From sequence record SRR2962707_1709: a DNA stretch of 45,855 bases; one strand, given 5' to 3'. Both the position numbers and the translations under genes were made by a program. The notes below the pieces were generated by a model that had not been told where the DNA came from, ran no database searches, and saw nothing but the letters and a program-made list of their open reading frames with translations. Shown one piece after another: positions 35,140 to 45,829 of the stretch (its first letter is position 1; each line of letters begins with the position of its first letter).

Positions 35140-36672
35140 ATGATGGTTATGGACAGCGACCTGATCCTCGAGATTAGCAATCTAAGCAAGGCGTTCGGGC
35201 CCATTCAGGCGCTGCGTGATGTCAGCTTCGAATTGCGCAAGGGCGAGGTGCATGCCATTGCCGGCGAGAACGGTGCGGGCAAGTCGACCCTGATGAACGT
35301 GATCGATGGCATACTGCGCCCCGACAGCGGTGAGATCCGCTTTGACGGGCAGCCGGTAGACATAGCCTCCCCCGCCATCGCACAGAGGCTTGGCATCGGT
35401 TTCGTGCATCAGGAAATTGCGCTGTGCCCGGATATCAGCGTGGCCGAAAACATCTTCATGGCAACAACCAATGTCAGCCGCACGCCACTGATGAATTACG
35501 CGAAACTGGCGCAGAAAGCGGCGGATGTGCTTCGCCGCCTGGGCGATATTGACCCCACGGCCCTGGTTCGCAGCCTGTCGATTTCCCAGCAGCAGCTGGT
35601 CGAGATCGCAAAGGCGCTCACACTGGATTGCAGGGTGCTGATTCTGGATGAACCGACCGCCGCCCTTACCGAGAAAGAAGCGCAGATTCTTTTCGACATC
35701 ATGCGAAAGCTGGTGAGCCAAGGCATATCGATCATCTATATTTCTCATCGGATGGTCGAGATTTTTGACAATTGCGATCGTGTCTCGGTGTTTCGGGATG
35801 GGCAATATATCGTCACCCACACTGTCGCCGAAACAACGCCGACCGAAATCGTCAATGCGATGGTCGGACGCGTCATCGACAAGCTCTATCCGGAAAAACA
35901 AGGCGAAGACGAGAAGTCCGATGCCGTTATTCTTTCGGTTCGCAATCTGAGCGAACAAAGCCGGTTTGCGGATATTTCATTCGATCTCAGGGAAGGCGAA
36001 ATTCTTGGTTTCGCCGGACTGATCGGCGCCGGGCGAAGTGAGATCGTCAAGGGCATCTGCAAGCTTGAGGGGGAGGTAACCGGCGATGTCATGCTCAATG
36101 GCCGCCGTCTCAGCACATCCCATTATCAGCAGAGCATTCGTGAGGGCCTTGTCTATCTGTCGGAAGACAGAAAGGGCGATGGCTTGTTTCTGGAAATGTC
36201 GATTGCCGAGAATGTCTCCGCATTGTCGCTCGGTCAGGTGTCTTCACCCGTCGGCATCATCAACGACCGCCTGGAGGCAGGGCTGGCCCAAAGGCTTGGC
36301 GGGATGCTGAATCTCAAATGCGCCCATGTCGGCGAACCGGTATCCAACCTTTCTGGCGGCAATCAGCAGAAGGTTGCGATCGCCAAACTGCTTTCGGTCA
36401 ATCCAAAAGTCATCTTCCTCGACGAGCCGACGCGCGGCGTCGATGTGGGAGCTAAATCCGAAATCCACATTATCCTGCGCGACCTTGCGCGCAAGGGAGT
36501 CGGTATCGTGATGATTTCATCCGAATTGCCGGAACTCATTGGTGTTTGCGACCGTGTGCTGGTTGTGCGCGAAGGCCGGATCAGCGGCGAGTTGGCCGGA
36601 GAAGACATGACCGAGGAAAACATCATGTATCTGGCTTCAGTGTTGGAAAAGCAGTTGGAGGTCGTCCATTGA
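35140..36672 (+). CDS. Sugar ABC transporter ATP-binding protein (RbsA-like, two NBDs)
   Basis: [36 protein letters not shown]. Confidence 0.95.
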   Translation: MMVMDSDLILEISNLSKAFGPIQALRDVSFELRKGEVHAIAGENGAGKSTLMNVIDGILRPDSGEIRFDGQPVDIASPAIAQRLGIGFVHQEIALCPDISVAENIFMATTNVSRTPLMNYAKLAQKAADVLRRLGDIDPTALVRSLSISQQQLVEIAKALTLDCRVLILDEPTAALTEKEAQILFDIMRKLVSQGISIIYISHRMVEIFDNCDRVSVFRDGQYIVTHTVAETTPTEIVNAMVGRVIDKLYPEKQGEDEKSDAVILSVRNLSEQSRFADISFDLREGEILGFAGLIGAGRSEIVKGICKLEGEVTGDVMLNGRRLSTSHYQQSIREGLVYLSEDRKGDGLFLEMSIAENVSALSLGQVSSPVGIINDRLEAGLAQRLGGMLNLKCAHVGEPVSNLSGGNQQKVAIAKLLSVNPKVIFLDEPTRGVDVGAKSEIHIILRDLARKGVGIVMISSELPELIGVCDRVLVVREGRISGELAGEDMTEENIMYLASVLEKQLEVVH

Positions 36673-37688
36673 CGCAGGAAATCAAAGCCGCAACGTTTGA
36701 TGGACCCGATCTGCAGTCCCATTCGCCAGACAGCCTGCTGGATACTGCCAGGAAATTGTTCCGCATGCGCGAAACCGGGTTGGTGCTGATCATCCTGGCG
36801 CTTTTCATAGTCATGTCGTTCGCCTCACCCTATTTTCTGACCTGGGTGAACATGCGGGCCATGGCGATGGCTTTTGCGGTTGAAGGAATTGTCGTGGTCG
36901 GCATGACGATCCTTCTCATATCCGGCGGCATTGATCTGTCGGTTGGATCGGTGACAGCACTTGCCATGGTGATTGCCGGGTTGCTGTTCCTGGCCGGTCT
37001 GGATCCGTGGACAGCCTCGGCGCTGGCAATTCTGGCCTGTACAGGCATTGGCGCGATAATGGGGTTTTTCGTGACCCAGGTCGGGCTGCATCATTTCATC
37101 GTATCACTGGCTGTCATGGTGATTGCGCGTGGCGCCTGCTTGCTGGGGACGGGCGGCCGGCCGATTGGCCTCTATACGCTTCCGCCCGAGTTCAAGTTCG
37201 TCGGGCAAGGCTCAATCGGCGTCATCCCGATCGTCATCATTATCTTTCTCGTGGTCGTTGTCGCATCCGATTTCATGCTGCGGCGAACCACATTCTTCCG
37301 GAAGGTGTTTTACACCGGCAGCAATGAGAAGGCCGCCGCCTATTCCGGCATCCGCACCAAGCGTGTCGTGTTCTTCACAACGACACTTTGCTCGGCGCTC
37401 TGTGGTGTCGCGGGTATCATTTACATGGCGCGCTTTGGTTCCGCCCAGCCAACCTTTGGCATGGGAATGGAATTGAATGTCATCGCCGCAGCCGTGATCG
37501 GTGGCGCGAGCCTGTCGGGCGGATCGGGGACAATCTTTGGTGCCATACTCGGCGTCATTTTGCTGTCCGTGGTCTCCAGTTCGCTGGCTCTGCTCGATGT
37601 GTCTGTCTATTGGCAGGATATTATCCGGGGCTCGATACTGCTCTCCGCGGTGACAATAGATCATTACTTGAACAAGCGGCGCCGGTGA
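36669..37688 (+). CDS. Sugar ABC transporter permease (RbsC-like)
   Basis: [42 protein letters not shown] start overlaps the ATPase stop (TTGA). Confidence 0.93.
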   Translation: MTQEIKAATFDGPDLQSHSPDSLLDTARKLFRMRETGLVLIILALFIVMSFASPYFLTWVNMRAMAMAFAVEGIVVVGMTILLISGGIDLSVGSVTALAMVIAGLLFLAGLDPWTASALAILACTGIGAIMGFFVTQVGLHHFIVSLAVMVIARGACLLGTGGRPIGLYTLPPEFKFVGQGSIGVIPIVIIIFLVVVVASDFMLRRTTFFRKVFYTGSNEKAAAYSGIRTKRVVFFTTTLCSALCGVAGIIYMARFGSAQPTFGMGMELNVIAAAVIGGASLSGGSGTIFGAILGVILLSVVSSSLALLDVSVYWQDIIRGSILLSAVTIDHYLNKRRR

Positions 37689-38701
37689 ATGTGATGCAGG
37701 ACCGGAAACTGGAATCCAAAATGGTTGAAAACAAAGAAGAGTTTGAATCCATACGTCAGATGCACACGGTGCTGAGCCTTCATTATCTTGAGGAAATGAA
37801 GCAATCCGACATCGCGGTACGGCTCAATCTTTCGACGTCCAAGGTCAATCGCCTGATCACCCAGGGGAAAAGAATGGGCATGGTGAAAATTGTCATCGAG
37901 AGCCCTTATCAGCCGCTGGTGGATCTGGAGAGCGGGCTCGTTGCCAGCACAAATCTCTCCAATGCCGTGGTTACGCCAGCCGTTGAGGGCAACCCGCACA
38001 CAAACCTTCAGCAGGTCGGGCGCGCTGCCGCCAACCAATTGCTCGAGACCATCCGCGATGGTGACGTCATTGCCATCACCGGCGGCAAGGCGGTCAGCGC
38101 GATGGTGCAAAACCTGAACCCTGACCGGTCGTTTGATGTGAAGGTCGTTCCGCTCACCGGTGGCGTGCAGGGCAAATATTATACCGACGTCAATCATCTC
38201 GCGACGCAGCTGGCCGAACGCCTGGGTGGCACGGCCATGCTTCTTCATGCCCCGCTCTTTGCGGAAAGCCGGGAGCAGCGCGACATGCTGATGGAAATGG
38301 CTTCGATCAAGGAAGTCTTCGACCTGGCTCGCAATTGCACCGTCGCAGTTGTCGGTGTCGGCTCCATCCGCACGCCGGGCTCCAGTTATTTCGATCTGCA
38401 TCCGGGGCCAAATCCCGGCCGCCAGCTGCTGCTTGAGGGCGGCGTGACGGGGGAGTTTCTGGCCCATTTGATCCTGCAGGACGGATCGGTCGCGGACTAT
38501 CCGCTCAATTCTCGTCTTGTCGCGCTGAGCCCGAGTGAACTGGCGCAGTGTCCCGTCACCATTGGTGTGGCGTCGGGCGAAGAAAAGGTTGAGCCGATCT
38601 GCGCCGCGCTGGCGGGTAACCTGTTCAATTCACTCATCGTTGATGAGGTGACCGCCACGGCGGTTCTGGAAAATATTCGAGAGGGAAAACATGTCGCATG
38701 A
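37685..38701 (+). CDS. SorC/DeoR-family sugar-binding transcriptional regulator
   Basis: HYLEEMKQSDIAVRLNLSTSKVNRLI HTH followed by a sugar-binding domain (VPLTGG, HAPLF, VVGVG, IGVASG). Start uncertain (GTG 37685, ATG 37694 or ATG 37721). Confidence 0.9.
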   Translation: MNVMQDRKLESKMVENKEEFESIRQMHTVLSLHYLEEMKQSDIAVRLNLSTSKVNRLITQGKRMGMVKIVIESPYQPLVDLESGLVASTNLSNAVVTPAVEGNPHTNLQQVGRAAANQLLETIRDGDVIAITGGKAVSAMVQNLNPDRSFDVKVVPLTGGVQGKYYTDVNHLATQLAERLGGTAMLLHAPLFAESREQRDMLMEMASIKEVFDLARNCTVAVVGVGSIRTPGSSYFDLHPGPNPGRQLLLEGGVTGEFLAHLILQDGSVADYPLNSRLVALSPSELAQCPVTIGVASGEEKVEPICAALAGNLFNSLIVDEVTATAVLENIREGKHVA

Positions 38702-39686
38702 AATTTTGACCCGTCCGATCGGCGCGTCCGGCATCAAAGCCTCGGTGGTGGGTCTTGGCACCTGGGCAATCGGCGGCTGGATGTGGGGCGGCACCGAGGA
38801 AAAACAGTCAATCGCAGCTATTCAGGAATCGATCGACGAAGGCATATCGCTGATTGATACGGCACCGGCCTACGGACAGGGGTTGTCTGAAACCATTGTC
38901 GGCAAGGCCATTGAAGGGCGGCGTGACAAAGTTGTGCTGGCAACCAAGTGCGGTCTTGTCTGGCACACACAGAAAGGCAACCACTTTTTCGATTACGACG
39001 GCCAGCCGGTTCATCGGTATCTCGGCAAGGAATCGATTGTGCATGAGGTCGAGCAAAGCCTTGCGCGTTTGAAAACCGATTACATCGACCTTTACATTAC
39101 CCATTGGCAGGACCCGACAACACCCGTCGACGAGACGCTTGAAGCGTTGGACATGCTGAAGCAGCAAGGCAAGATCCGTTCGATTGGAGCCAGCAATGTC
39201 TCGACCGACGACCTGCAATCCTACGTCGCATCCGGGAAACTGGACGCGATCCAGGAGGAATACAGCATGGTCAAGCGCGACATAGAAACATCGCTGCTGC
39301 CGATCTGCGCCGAGCATGGCGTATCGGTGCTGAGCTATTCGTCGCTGGCGCTGGGTCTGCTTTCGGGAAAGATAGGTCCCGACCGGACCTTCTCCGGAGA
39401 TGATCAGCGCAAGGACAATCCCCGTTTCTCAATTTCAAACCGTGAGAAGATTGCCCGTCTGATGGGAGATCTGGCGCCGATCGCGGACAGTCACCGTGCA
39501 ACATACGCGCAAATCGTGATTGCCTGGACCGTGCAACAGCCTGGCATCACGTTTTCACTGTGTGGTGCGCGCAACCCGCAACAAGCGCGCGAGAATGCAA
39601 GGGCGGGAGGCATCCGCCTGACGCCGGAGGAACTCAACATGATCAGTGAGGCCGCAAGAACGCATCTGATCGATCTCGACGCCTGA
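38691..39686 (+). CDS. Aldo/keto reductase
   Basis: GLGTWAIGG, IDTAPAYG, ATKCG, YIDLYITHW, GKIRSIGASN, YSSLALGLL. Confidence 0.93.
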   Translation: MSHEILTRPIGASGIKASVVGLGTWAIGGWMWGGTEEKQSIAAIQESIDEGISLIDTAPAYGQGLSETIVGKAIEGRRDKVVLATKCGLVWHTQKGNHFFDYDGQPVHRYLGKESIVHEVEQSLARLKTDYIDLYITHWQDPTTPVDETLEALDMLKQQGKIRSIGASNVSTDDLQSYVASGKLDAIQEEYSMVKRDIETSLLPICAEHGVSVLSYSSLALGLLSGKIGPDRTFSGDDQRKDNPRFSISNREKIARLMGDLAPIADSHRATYAQIVIAWTVQQPGITFSLCGARNPQQARENARAGGIRLTPEELNMISEAARTHLIDLDA

Positions 39687-39749
39687 CGACTAACACATGA
39701 CCGGAAGCAATTGCGGACATCGCCTTGATTGGCGGTGAACGGAGAAGTG

Positions 39750-41480
39750 ATGCCAAAGCAACGAAACGACAGTCTTGATCAAATCCGTCAGAACGGGGCC
39801 TTTGATGCCGTCATCGTCGGTGGCGGCATCAACGGAATCGGCGTGTTCCGCGAACTTGCCTTGCAGGGCTTGCGGGTCTTGCTGGTTGAGCGCAACGACT
39901 TTTGTTCCGGATGCAGCGCCGCGCCGTCACGGATGATCCATGGTGGTCTTCGCTATCTTGAAAATGGTGAGTTCGACCTTGTTCAGGAATCGCTGCGTGA
40001 ACGCGATGCGCTGCTGCACAATGCCCCGCACTTTGTACGTCCGCTTCCCACCATGATCCCGATAGCCTCAGTGTTCTCCGGTCTCTTGAACGGAGCAGCG
40101 GGGTTCCTCGGCCTGAGCAGCAAACCGGCAAACCGGGGCGCAGTTCCGATCAAGATCGGCCTTCTTCTTTATGACTGGGTGACGCGCAAGCGGCGTCTTT
40201 TGCCCAAGCATGGGTTTCAGGGGGCAAGAGAAACATTCCGGCGATGGCCGGACCTGACGCGCCGTTTGCGGTTTTCGGCTACCTATCACGATGCATGGAT
40301 CAGCCATCCCGAGCGCCTCGGTGTGGAGCTTGTGAGCGATGTGGCGCGACTGGCGCCGGAATCCGTTGCGTTGAATTATGCAGAAATCAAAATGGAAGCG
40401 GGTACATTTATCGTAACCGACACGGAAACCGGAGAGCGGTTTTCGATTTCAAGCAGAACCATCGTCAACGCGACAGGGGCCTGGCTCAATGAGGCAATCA
40501 GGGATTTTTCCGGCAACAGGCAGGCAGCCGAAACTCTGGTTTCCGGCACCAAGGGCTCACACGTTATTCTGGACAATCCGGAACTTCATGAAGCGCTTCG
40601 CAACCATATGGTTTTCTTCGAAAATGTGGATGGCCGGGTGTGCATCGTGTTTCCCTATCTGGGCAAGGTGCTGGCCGGCTCAACCGATATTAGGGTCGAC
40701 AGCGTCGAGCGGGTCCGGTGCGAGCCGGAAGAACAAGACTACATTCTCCAAGCCCTCCGGCTGACGTTCCCCAAGATCGCGGTTTCGGATAGTGACGTCG
40801 TTTTCAGCTACAGCGGCATTCGCCCGCTCCCCAAGAGTGATCACAGCTTCACCGGCCGGATCACGCGTGGGCATTTTGTCCATCGTCTCGATGGCCCCGT
40901 TCCCCAGTTCTGCATGGTTGGCGGCAAGTGGACGACCTTTCGCGCCTTTGCCGAACAAACAGCCGACGAGGTAATGTCCGAGCTGGGGCATGAGCGGAAG
41001 ACGGGGACCTTGCATCTGGCGATCGGCGGCGGGGCTGACTATCCTGCAGATCCGGAAGACCTGATCAGTTCTCTGGTGCAGCGCTACAAAATCAGCCAGG
41101 GCCGTGCGGAACACCTCATTGATGCCTACGGCACGAAAGCCGACGATGTGCTGGCATTCTGTGCCACCTGCGGGTCCGACAATCCGCTGGATTCCGTAAC
41201 CAGGATTACGACCGGCGAAATTCTGTTCCTGGTCAGGCACGAAAGCGCTGTCCGGCTCAGTGACTTGATCCTGCGCCGGACATCGCTGGCGATCACCGGC
41301 GAAATTTCCAGCGATCTCATCAATGCCATCGCGGCGATAGCGGCCCCCGAACTTGGCTGGGATACAGCCAGAATGCACCAGGAGATTGATGCGTTTATCG
41401 TCGAACTCAATGACTTTTACGGTGTCACGTCGAAGATGCTGGAACAAAGAAGCCTCGAAAGGAATACCGAATGCGCCTGA
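39750..41480 (+). CDS. FAD-dependent glycerol-3-phosphate dehydrogenase-like (GlpD/EryB family) polyol-phosphate dehydrogenase
   Basis: IVGGGING, SRMIHGGLRYLE, VNATGAW, GTKGSH, YSGIRPL, GGKWTTFR. Confidence 0.92.
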   Translation: MPKQRNDSLDQIRQNGAFDAVIVGGGINGIGVFRELALQGLRVLLVERNDFCSGCSAAPSRMIHGGLRYLENGEFDLVQESLRERDALLHNAPHFVRPLPTMIPIASVFSGLLNGAAGFLGLSSKPANRGAVPIKIGLLLYDWVTRKRRLLPKHGFQGARETFRRWPDLTRRLRFSATYHDAWISHPERLGVELVSDVARLAPESVALNYAEIKMEAGTFIVTDTETGERFSISSRTIVNATGAWLNEAIRDFSGNRQAAETLVSGTKGSHVILDNPELHEALRNHMVFFENVDGRVCIVFPYLGKVLAGSTDIRVDSVERVRCEPEEQDYILQALRLTFPKIAVSDSDVVFSYSGIRPLPKSDHSFTGRITRGHFVHRLDGPVPQFCMVGGKWTTFRAFAEQTADEVMSELGHERKTGTLHLAIGGGADYPADPEDLISSLVQRYKISQGRAEHLIDAYGTKADDVLAFCATCGSDNPLDSVTRITTGEILFLVRHESAVRLSDLILRRTSLAITGEISSDLINAIAAIAAPELGWDTARMHQEIDAFIVELNDFYGVTSKMLEQRSLERNTECA

Positions 41481-42313
41481 GCTCAAAAGCCCGAATGAAC
41501 CGGATGTTCACCAATGGCGGCTGCCTTGACGTTGCGCTGGACCACGGGGTCTGCAATGAGCCAGGCTTCCTGCAAGGCCTCGAAAACATGGAGGGCGTCG
41601 TCGGCACGCTGATCGATGCAAAGCCCGACGCGATCCAGATGGCCTACGGGCAGGCGGATCTGCTGCAGTGCCGGCCCGAAAAGGACAAGCCAGCGCTGGT
41701 CATGCGCATCGACATGGGAAATCCCTACAATGACCAGCGGCACCGGGTGATGTGGTCATCGCTGCAAAACCATGACGAGCCGATCATTGGCGCTCTGGAA
41801 ATGGATGCCGCCTGCGTGGTGGTCAACCTGTTCATGCTGCCTGATGAGCCGGACCTGTTCCACCAATGTGTCAAGAACATCAGCCGGGTTCGCGCCGCGT
41901 GCCACACATACGGGATGCCGTTGATGATCGAACCTCTGGTCATGCTGCCAAATGATGTGCGCGGGGGCTATCAGGTTGATGGGGATGCCGAGAAAATCAT
42001 CACGCTGGTGCGCTTGGCCAGCGAAATGGGCGCTGACATCATCAAGGCCGATCCCACGGAGAATCCGGAAGATTTTCATCGTGTCGTCGAGACGGCGCGC
42101 GTGCCGGTTCTGGTCCGCGGCGGCGGCAAGGACGATCTGAAAGTGGTCCTGCAGAAATCGGCGGCACTGATGGGGCAAGGCGCCAAGGGCATGGTTTACG
42201 GCCGCAACATCTATCAGCATGACAATCCCAAAGCTGTGGTCAACGCCCTGATGGCTATGATTCATCAGGGTGCATCCGGCGATGAAGCATGGGACATCTA
42301 CAATCGTGGCTGA
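41471..42313 (+). CDS. Class I aldolase (DhnA/LsrF-like)
   Basis: VALDHG, GMPLMIE, GADIIKA (Schiff-base Lys), VLVRGGG, VYGRNIYQ. Confidence 0.9.
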   Translation: MRLSSKARMNRMFTNGGCLDVALDHGVCNEPGFLQGLENMEGVVGTLIDAKPDAIQMAYGQADLLQCRPEKDKPALVMRIDMGNPYNDQRHRVMWSSLQNHDEPIIGALEMDAACVVVNLFMLPDEPDLFHQCVKNISRVRAACHTYGMPLMIEPLVMLPNDVRGGYQVDGDAEKIITLVRLASEMGADIIKADPTENPEDFHRVVETARVPVLVRGGGKDDLKVVLQKSAALMGQGAKGMVYGRNIYQHDNPKAVVNALMAMIHQGASGDEAWDIYNRG

Positions 42314-42317
42314 ACAA

Positions 42318-43814
42318 ATGCGCTATCTTCTGGGCCTCGACGCCGGCAACACGGTGATCAAGGCGGTTCTGTTTGATCTTGATGGCAATCAGATCGCCAT
42401 GCACGCGCTTGATGGCCAGACCTCGGTTCCCCAACCGGGTTATGTCGAACGCGATCTGACCGAGTTGTGGCGAAATGCGCATCAGGCCATTCGCGCCTGC
42501 ATAGAGAAAGCGGGTATCGAAGCCCGCGACATCGTCGGCGTCGGCTGTGCCGGACATGGAAACGGGCTTTATCTGCTGGACAAGGACCACGAGCCGCTGC
42601 TCGGCATCCAGTCCCTGGACAGCCGCGCGGCGCGGCTTGCCGATGAGCTTGCGGCGGGAGAAGCCGGCGATTTGCTGCAAGAGCTATGTCTGCAAAAGCC
42701 ATGGCCCTCTCAAACGCCTACGCTGATGGCCTGGGTCAAGCGGGAAAACCCGGCGCTTTATTCCAAAACCGCAGCCGTTATCCTGTGCAAGGACTACATC
42801 ACCTACAAGCTGACCGGCCGGTTGGTGTCCGATGTCTCCGACATGAGCGGATGTGGACTGCTGCGGATGCCGGAATGCGCCTACGACCCGGATTTGTTGC
42901 GCCTTTACGGATTGGAAGACGCGCGCGCAATGTTGCCCGAGCTATTGAAGCCGAGCGATGTCGTTGGCCATGTGACACCGGAAGCCAGTGCTCTGACCGG
43001 GCTGTCCGAGGGCACGCCCGTCGTTGCCGGTTTCTTTGATGTTGTCGCCTGCGCGCTTGGGTCCGGCGTGGTTGCAAACGGTCAGGCATCGATCATCGTC
43101 GGCACCTGGAGTATCAACCAGGTTGTGTCGGCAAAGCCCGTGGCCGCAGCGGAAGTGTTCATGGTGTCGGGATTTGGCGAGGGGCGATACCTAAATATCG
43201 ATTCCAGCGCGACATCGGCTGCCAATCTCGAATGGTATGTTCGCGAGTTTGTCGAGCGCAAGGGCCATCATGATGACCCCTTCGGTTACTGCAACCAGCT
43301 TGTTGCGGAAACCAAACCGGGATCTGATGATCCGATGTATCATCCCTTTCTTTATGGAGCCCGGCTTGGATCGGAGATGCGTGCCGGTTTTTATGGAATA
43401 TCCGGCTGGCACACCGAGGGCCACATGTTGCGGGCTCTGTATGAAGGGGTGATGTTCGAGCATCGGCGCCATATCGATGTGCTGCTGGATGCCGGTGTTC
43501 GTTTCGACGACGTCATCCTCTCCGGCGGTGGTGCACGCAGTCCTGTATGGCCGCAAATATTCGCCGACGGGCTGGGCAAACCGGTGACTATCGCCGCCTG
43601 CCAGGAAACCGGAGCGCTGGGCGCTGCTATCGCAGCGGGATGTGGCGCGGGTGTTGTCATGTCCTATGAAGCGGGTGTCGAAAAAATGACCAGTGCGAAA
43701 CAAACCTTCGCGCCCGATCCCGCATTGCGCGACCATTATGACCGGCGTTATGCATTGTTCATCGAACTTGGCGCGGATTTGCGCAAATTCTGGAGCAAAT
43801 TACGCGATGCCTGA
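42318..43814 (+). CDS. FGGY-family carbohydrate kinase (L-xylulokinase-like)
   Basis: LGLDAGNTVIKA, GHGNG, DSRA, FFDVVA, IVGTWS, SGGGARS, ETGALGAA. Start ATG 42318 or GTG 42306. Confidence 0.92.
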   Translation: MRYLLGLDAGNTVIKAVLFDLDGNQIAMHALDGQTSVPQPGYVERDLTELWRNAHQAIRACIEKAGIEARDIVGVGCAGHGNGLYLLDKDHEPLLGIQSLDSRAARLADELAAGEAGDLLQELCLQKPWPSQTPTLMAWVKRENPALYSKTAAVILCKDYITYKLTGRLVSDVSDMSGCGLLRMPECAYDPDLLRLYGLEDARAMLPELLKPSDVVGHVTPEASALTGLSEGTPVVAGFFDVVACALGSGVVANGQASIIVGTWSINQVVSAKPVAAAEVFMVSGFGEGRYLNIDSSATSAANLEWYVREFVERKGHHDDPFGYCNQLVAETKPGSDDPMYHPFLYGARLGSEMRAGFYGISGWHTEGHMLRALYEGVMFEHRRHIDVLLDAGVRFDDVILSGGGARSPVWPQIFADGLGKPVTIAACQETGALGAAIAAGCGAGVVMSYEAGVEKMTSAKQTFAPDPALRDHYDRRYALFIELGADLRKFWSKLRDA

Positions 43815-45420
43815 CACAGCCGCTGCCGGCGGCAGCTATGATTACATCATTGTTGGCGCCGGCACCGCAGGCTGTGTGCTGGCCAACCGGCTGTCGGCAG
43901 ATCCGAAGAACAGGGTCCTGCTGCTGGAGGCAGGCAAGAGCGACAACTACCATTGGATCCATGTTCCGATCGGGTATTTGTACTGCATCGGCAACCCGCG
44001 CACGGACTGGATGATGAAAACGGCCTCGGAGCCAGGCCTTAACGGCCGCAGCCTGGTCTATCCGCGTGGCAAGGTTATCGGTGGCTGCACCTCGGTCAAT
44101 GGCATGATTTACATGCGCGGCCAGGCCGCCGATTACGATCAGTGGCGGCAGATGGGGAATGCCGGCTGGGGTTGGGACGACGTGTTGCCCTATTTCAAAA
44201 TGAGCGAAGATCATCATGCCGGAACCGGCCTGAACCACGGCTCAGGTGGTGAGTGGAAGGTGGCCAAACAGAGGCTGACCTGGGACATTTTGAAAGCTGT
44301 CCAGGAGGGGGCGAGGGAGTTCGGCATCGAGCCCACGGGTGACTTCAATTCCGGCACCAATGAAGGGTCGGGCTTTTTCGAAGTCAACCAGCACGGTGGT
44401 GTCCGGTGGAATGCGGCCAAGGCGTTTCTGAAACCGGCGCGCGCCCGGAAAAACCTCCACGTCATCACCGAAGCCCACACACAAAAGATTGTTTTTGACG
44501 GACGTCGTGCCACTGGCGTGCGCTATGAGCGCAAGGGTGTGAGTTATCTGGCAAAGGCCGATTGCGAGGTTGTTGTCGCAGCCGGCGCGATCAATTCGCC
44601 AAAGCTGCTCGAGATGTCTGGTGTCGGCGATGCAAAACACCTGTCATCATTGGATATTCCGATCGTCCATGACCTCAAAGGCGTTGGCGAGAACCTTCAG
44701 GATCATCTTCAGATCCGCACGGTCTTTCGGGTGAAGAACACAAGGACATTGAACGAGCAGGCCAACAGTTTGCTTGGGAAAGTTCAGATCGGTCTGCAAT
44801 ATGCTCTTTCACGGAGCGGGCCGATGTCGATGGCGCCAAGCCAGTTCGGGATGTTCACAAAAAGCGACCCCGCCCTGGAAACGCCGGATCTCGAATATCA
44901 TGTGCAGCCCTTGTCGACCGACAAGCTTGGCGATCCGCTGCATGACTTTCCTGCAATTACCGTTTCGGTCTGCAATCTCCGGCCGCAAAGTGTCGGGTCC
45001 TGCCATATCGGGACGACCGACGCCGACCGGCAACCGGACATAAAACTGAATTACCTCAGTGCGGAAGCCGACAAGCTGGTTGCTGTCAAATCGATCCGCC
45101 AGGCGCGGCGGATCATGACCGCGAAGGCTTTGGAACCTTATTCACCGACCGAAATCCTCCCCGGGCCGTTGCATGACAGTGACGAGAATTTGCTGCGCGA
45201 AGCGGGCAACATCGCCACCACAATCTTTCACCCGGTCGGCACCTGCAAGATGGGGTCCGACGATCGAGCCGTGGTCGACGCACAGTTGCGGGTCCACGGT
45301 GTGGACAATTTGAGAATCGTGGATGCCTCGGTGATGCCGAAAATCGTCTCGGGCAATACCGCCTCTCCGGTGGTCATGATTGCTGAAAAGGCCGCCGAAA
45401 TGATCCTTTCTGCGCGCTGA
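43807..45420 (+). CDS. GMC oxidoreductase (choline dehydrogenase-like)
   Basis: YDYIIVGAGTAG, PRGKVIGGCTSVNGM, GVGENLQDH, FHPVGTCKMG, SGNT. Confidence 0.93.
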   Translation: MPDTAAAGGSYDYIIVGAGTAGCVLANRLSADPKNRVLLLEAGKSDNYHWIHVPIGYLYCIGNPRTDWMMKTASEPGLNGRSLVYPRGKVIGGCTSVNGMIYMRGQAADYDQWRQMGNAGWGWDDVLPYFKMSEDHHAGTGLNHGSGGEWKVAKQRLTWDILKAVQEGAREFGIEPTGDFNSGTNEGSGFFEVNQHGGVRWNAAKAFLKPARARKNLHVITEAHTQKIVFDGRRATGVRYERKGVSYLAKADCEVVVAAGAINSPKLLEMSGVGDAKHLSSLDIPIVHDLKGVGENLQDHLQIRTVFRVKNTRTLNEQANSLLGKVQIGLQYALSRSGPMSMAPSQFGMFTKSDPALETPDLEYHVQPLSTDKLGDPLHDFPAITVSVCNLRPQSVGSCHIGTTDADRQPDIKLNYLSAEADKLVAVKSIRQARRIMTAKALEPYSPTEILPGPLHDSDENLLREAGNIATTIFHPVGTCKMGSDDRAVVDAQLRVHGVDNLRIVDASVMPKIVSGNTASPVVMIAEKAAEMILSAR

Positions 45421-45485
45421 GGATTGCCCGATCGAGCGATGCATCTCGGTGGAAACACGAGACGCAGATTTCCTGTGTGCCGCTG

Positions 45486-45735
45486 CTATTCGTGCATCAT
45501 TTGGGATGGGGCGGCATCGTCGGCGAGCAGTTTTCTTGCAGAATCCCGGTGCGCACGGGCTTGAGCCAGGGAAACATCCGGCCATGCACCGAACGATAGC
45601 TGCTTCTGCTTGCCCCCATAGCGATAGACCTTTCGCCATAGCTTGCTGCCGTTCGGATTGACGATCAGCAACAAGCAGCCGCCGTCTCCGTGTTTTGTTG
45701 TTCTGTCGCCCGATTTAAGGGCGCGAACTCGAGGG
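45486..45735 (-). pseudogene. Truncated P4-like tyrosine integrase (arm-type DNA-binding domain only)
   Basis: VRALKSGDRTTKHGDGGCLLLIVNPNGSKLWRKVYRYGGKQKQLSFGAWPDVSLAQAR matches the P4-integrase N-terminus. The frame stops after ~80 aa with no catalytic domain and no proper start. Confidence 0.85.
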
Positions 45736-45829
45736 GCATTTGCGGCATGGCGCCAGAATGCCAACAGAACCTCTGGATGCCGCCACATGTCGCTGGACGG
45801 CAAAGGAGGCGGGCTTAGCAAAACCCAAC

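Noticed and set aside
43807-45420. Assigning betA to the GMC oxidoreductase
   Set aside because: Only family-level motifs; no betB adjacent and the gene is coupled to a sugar operon.
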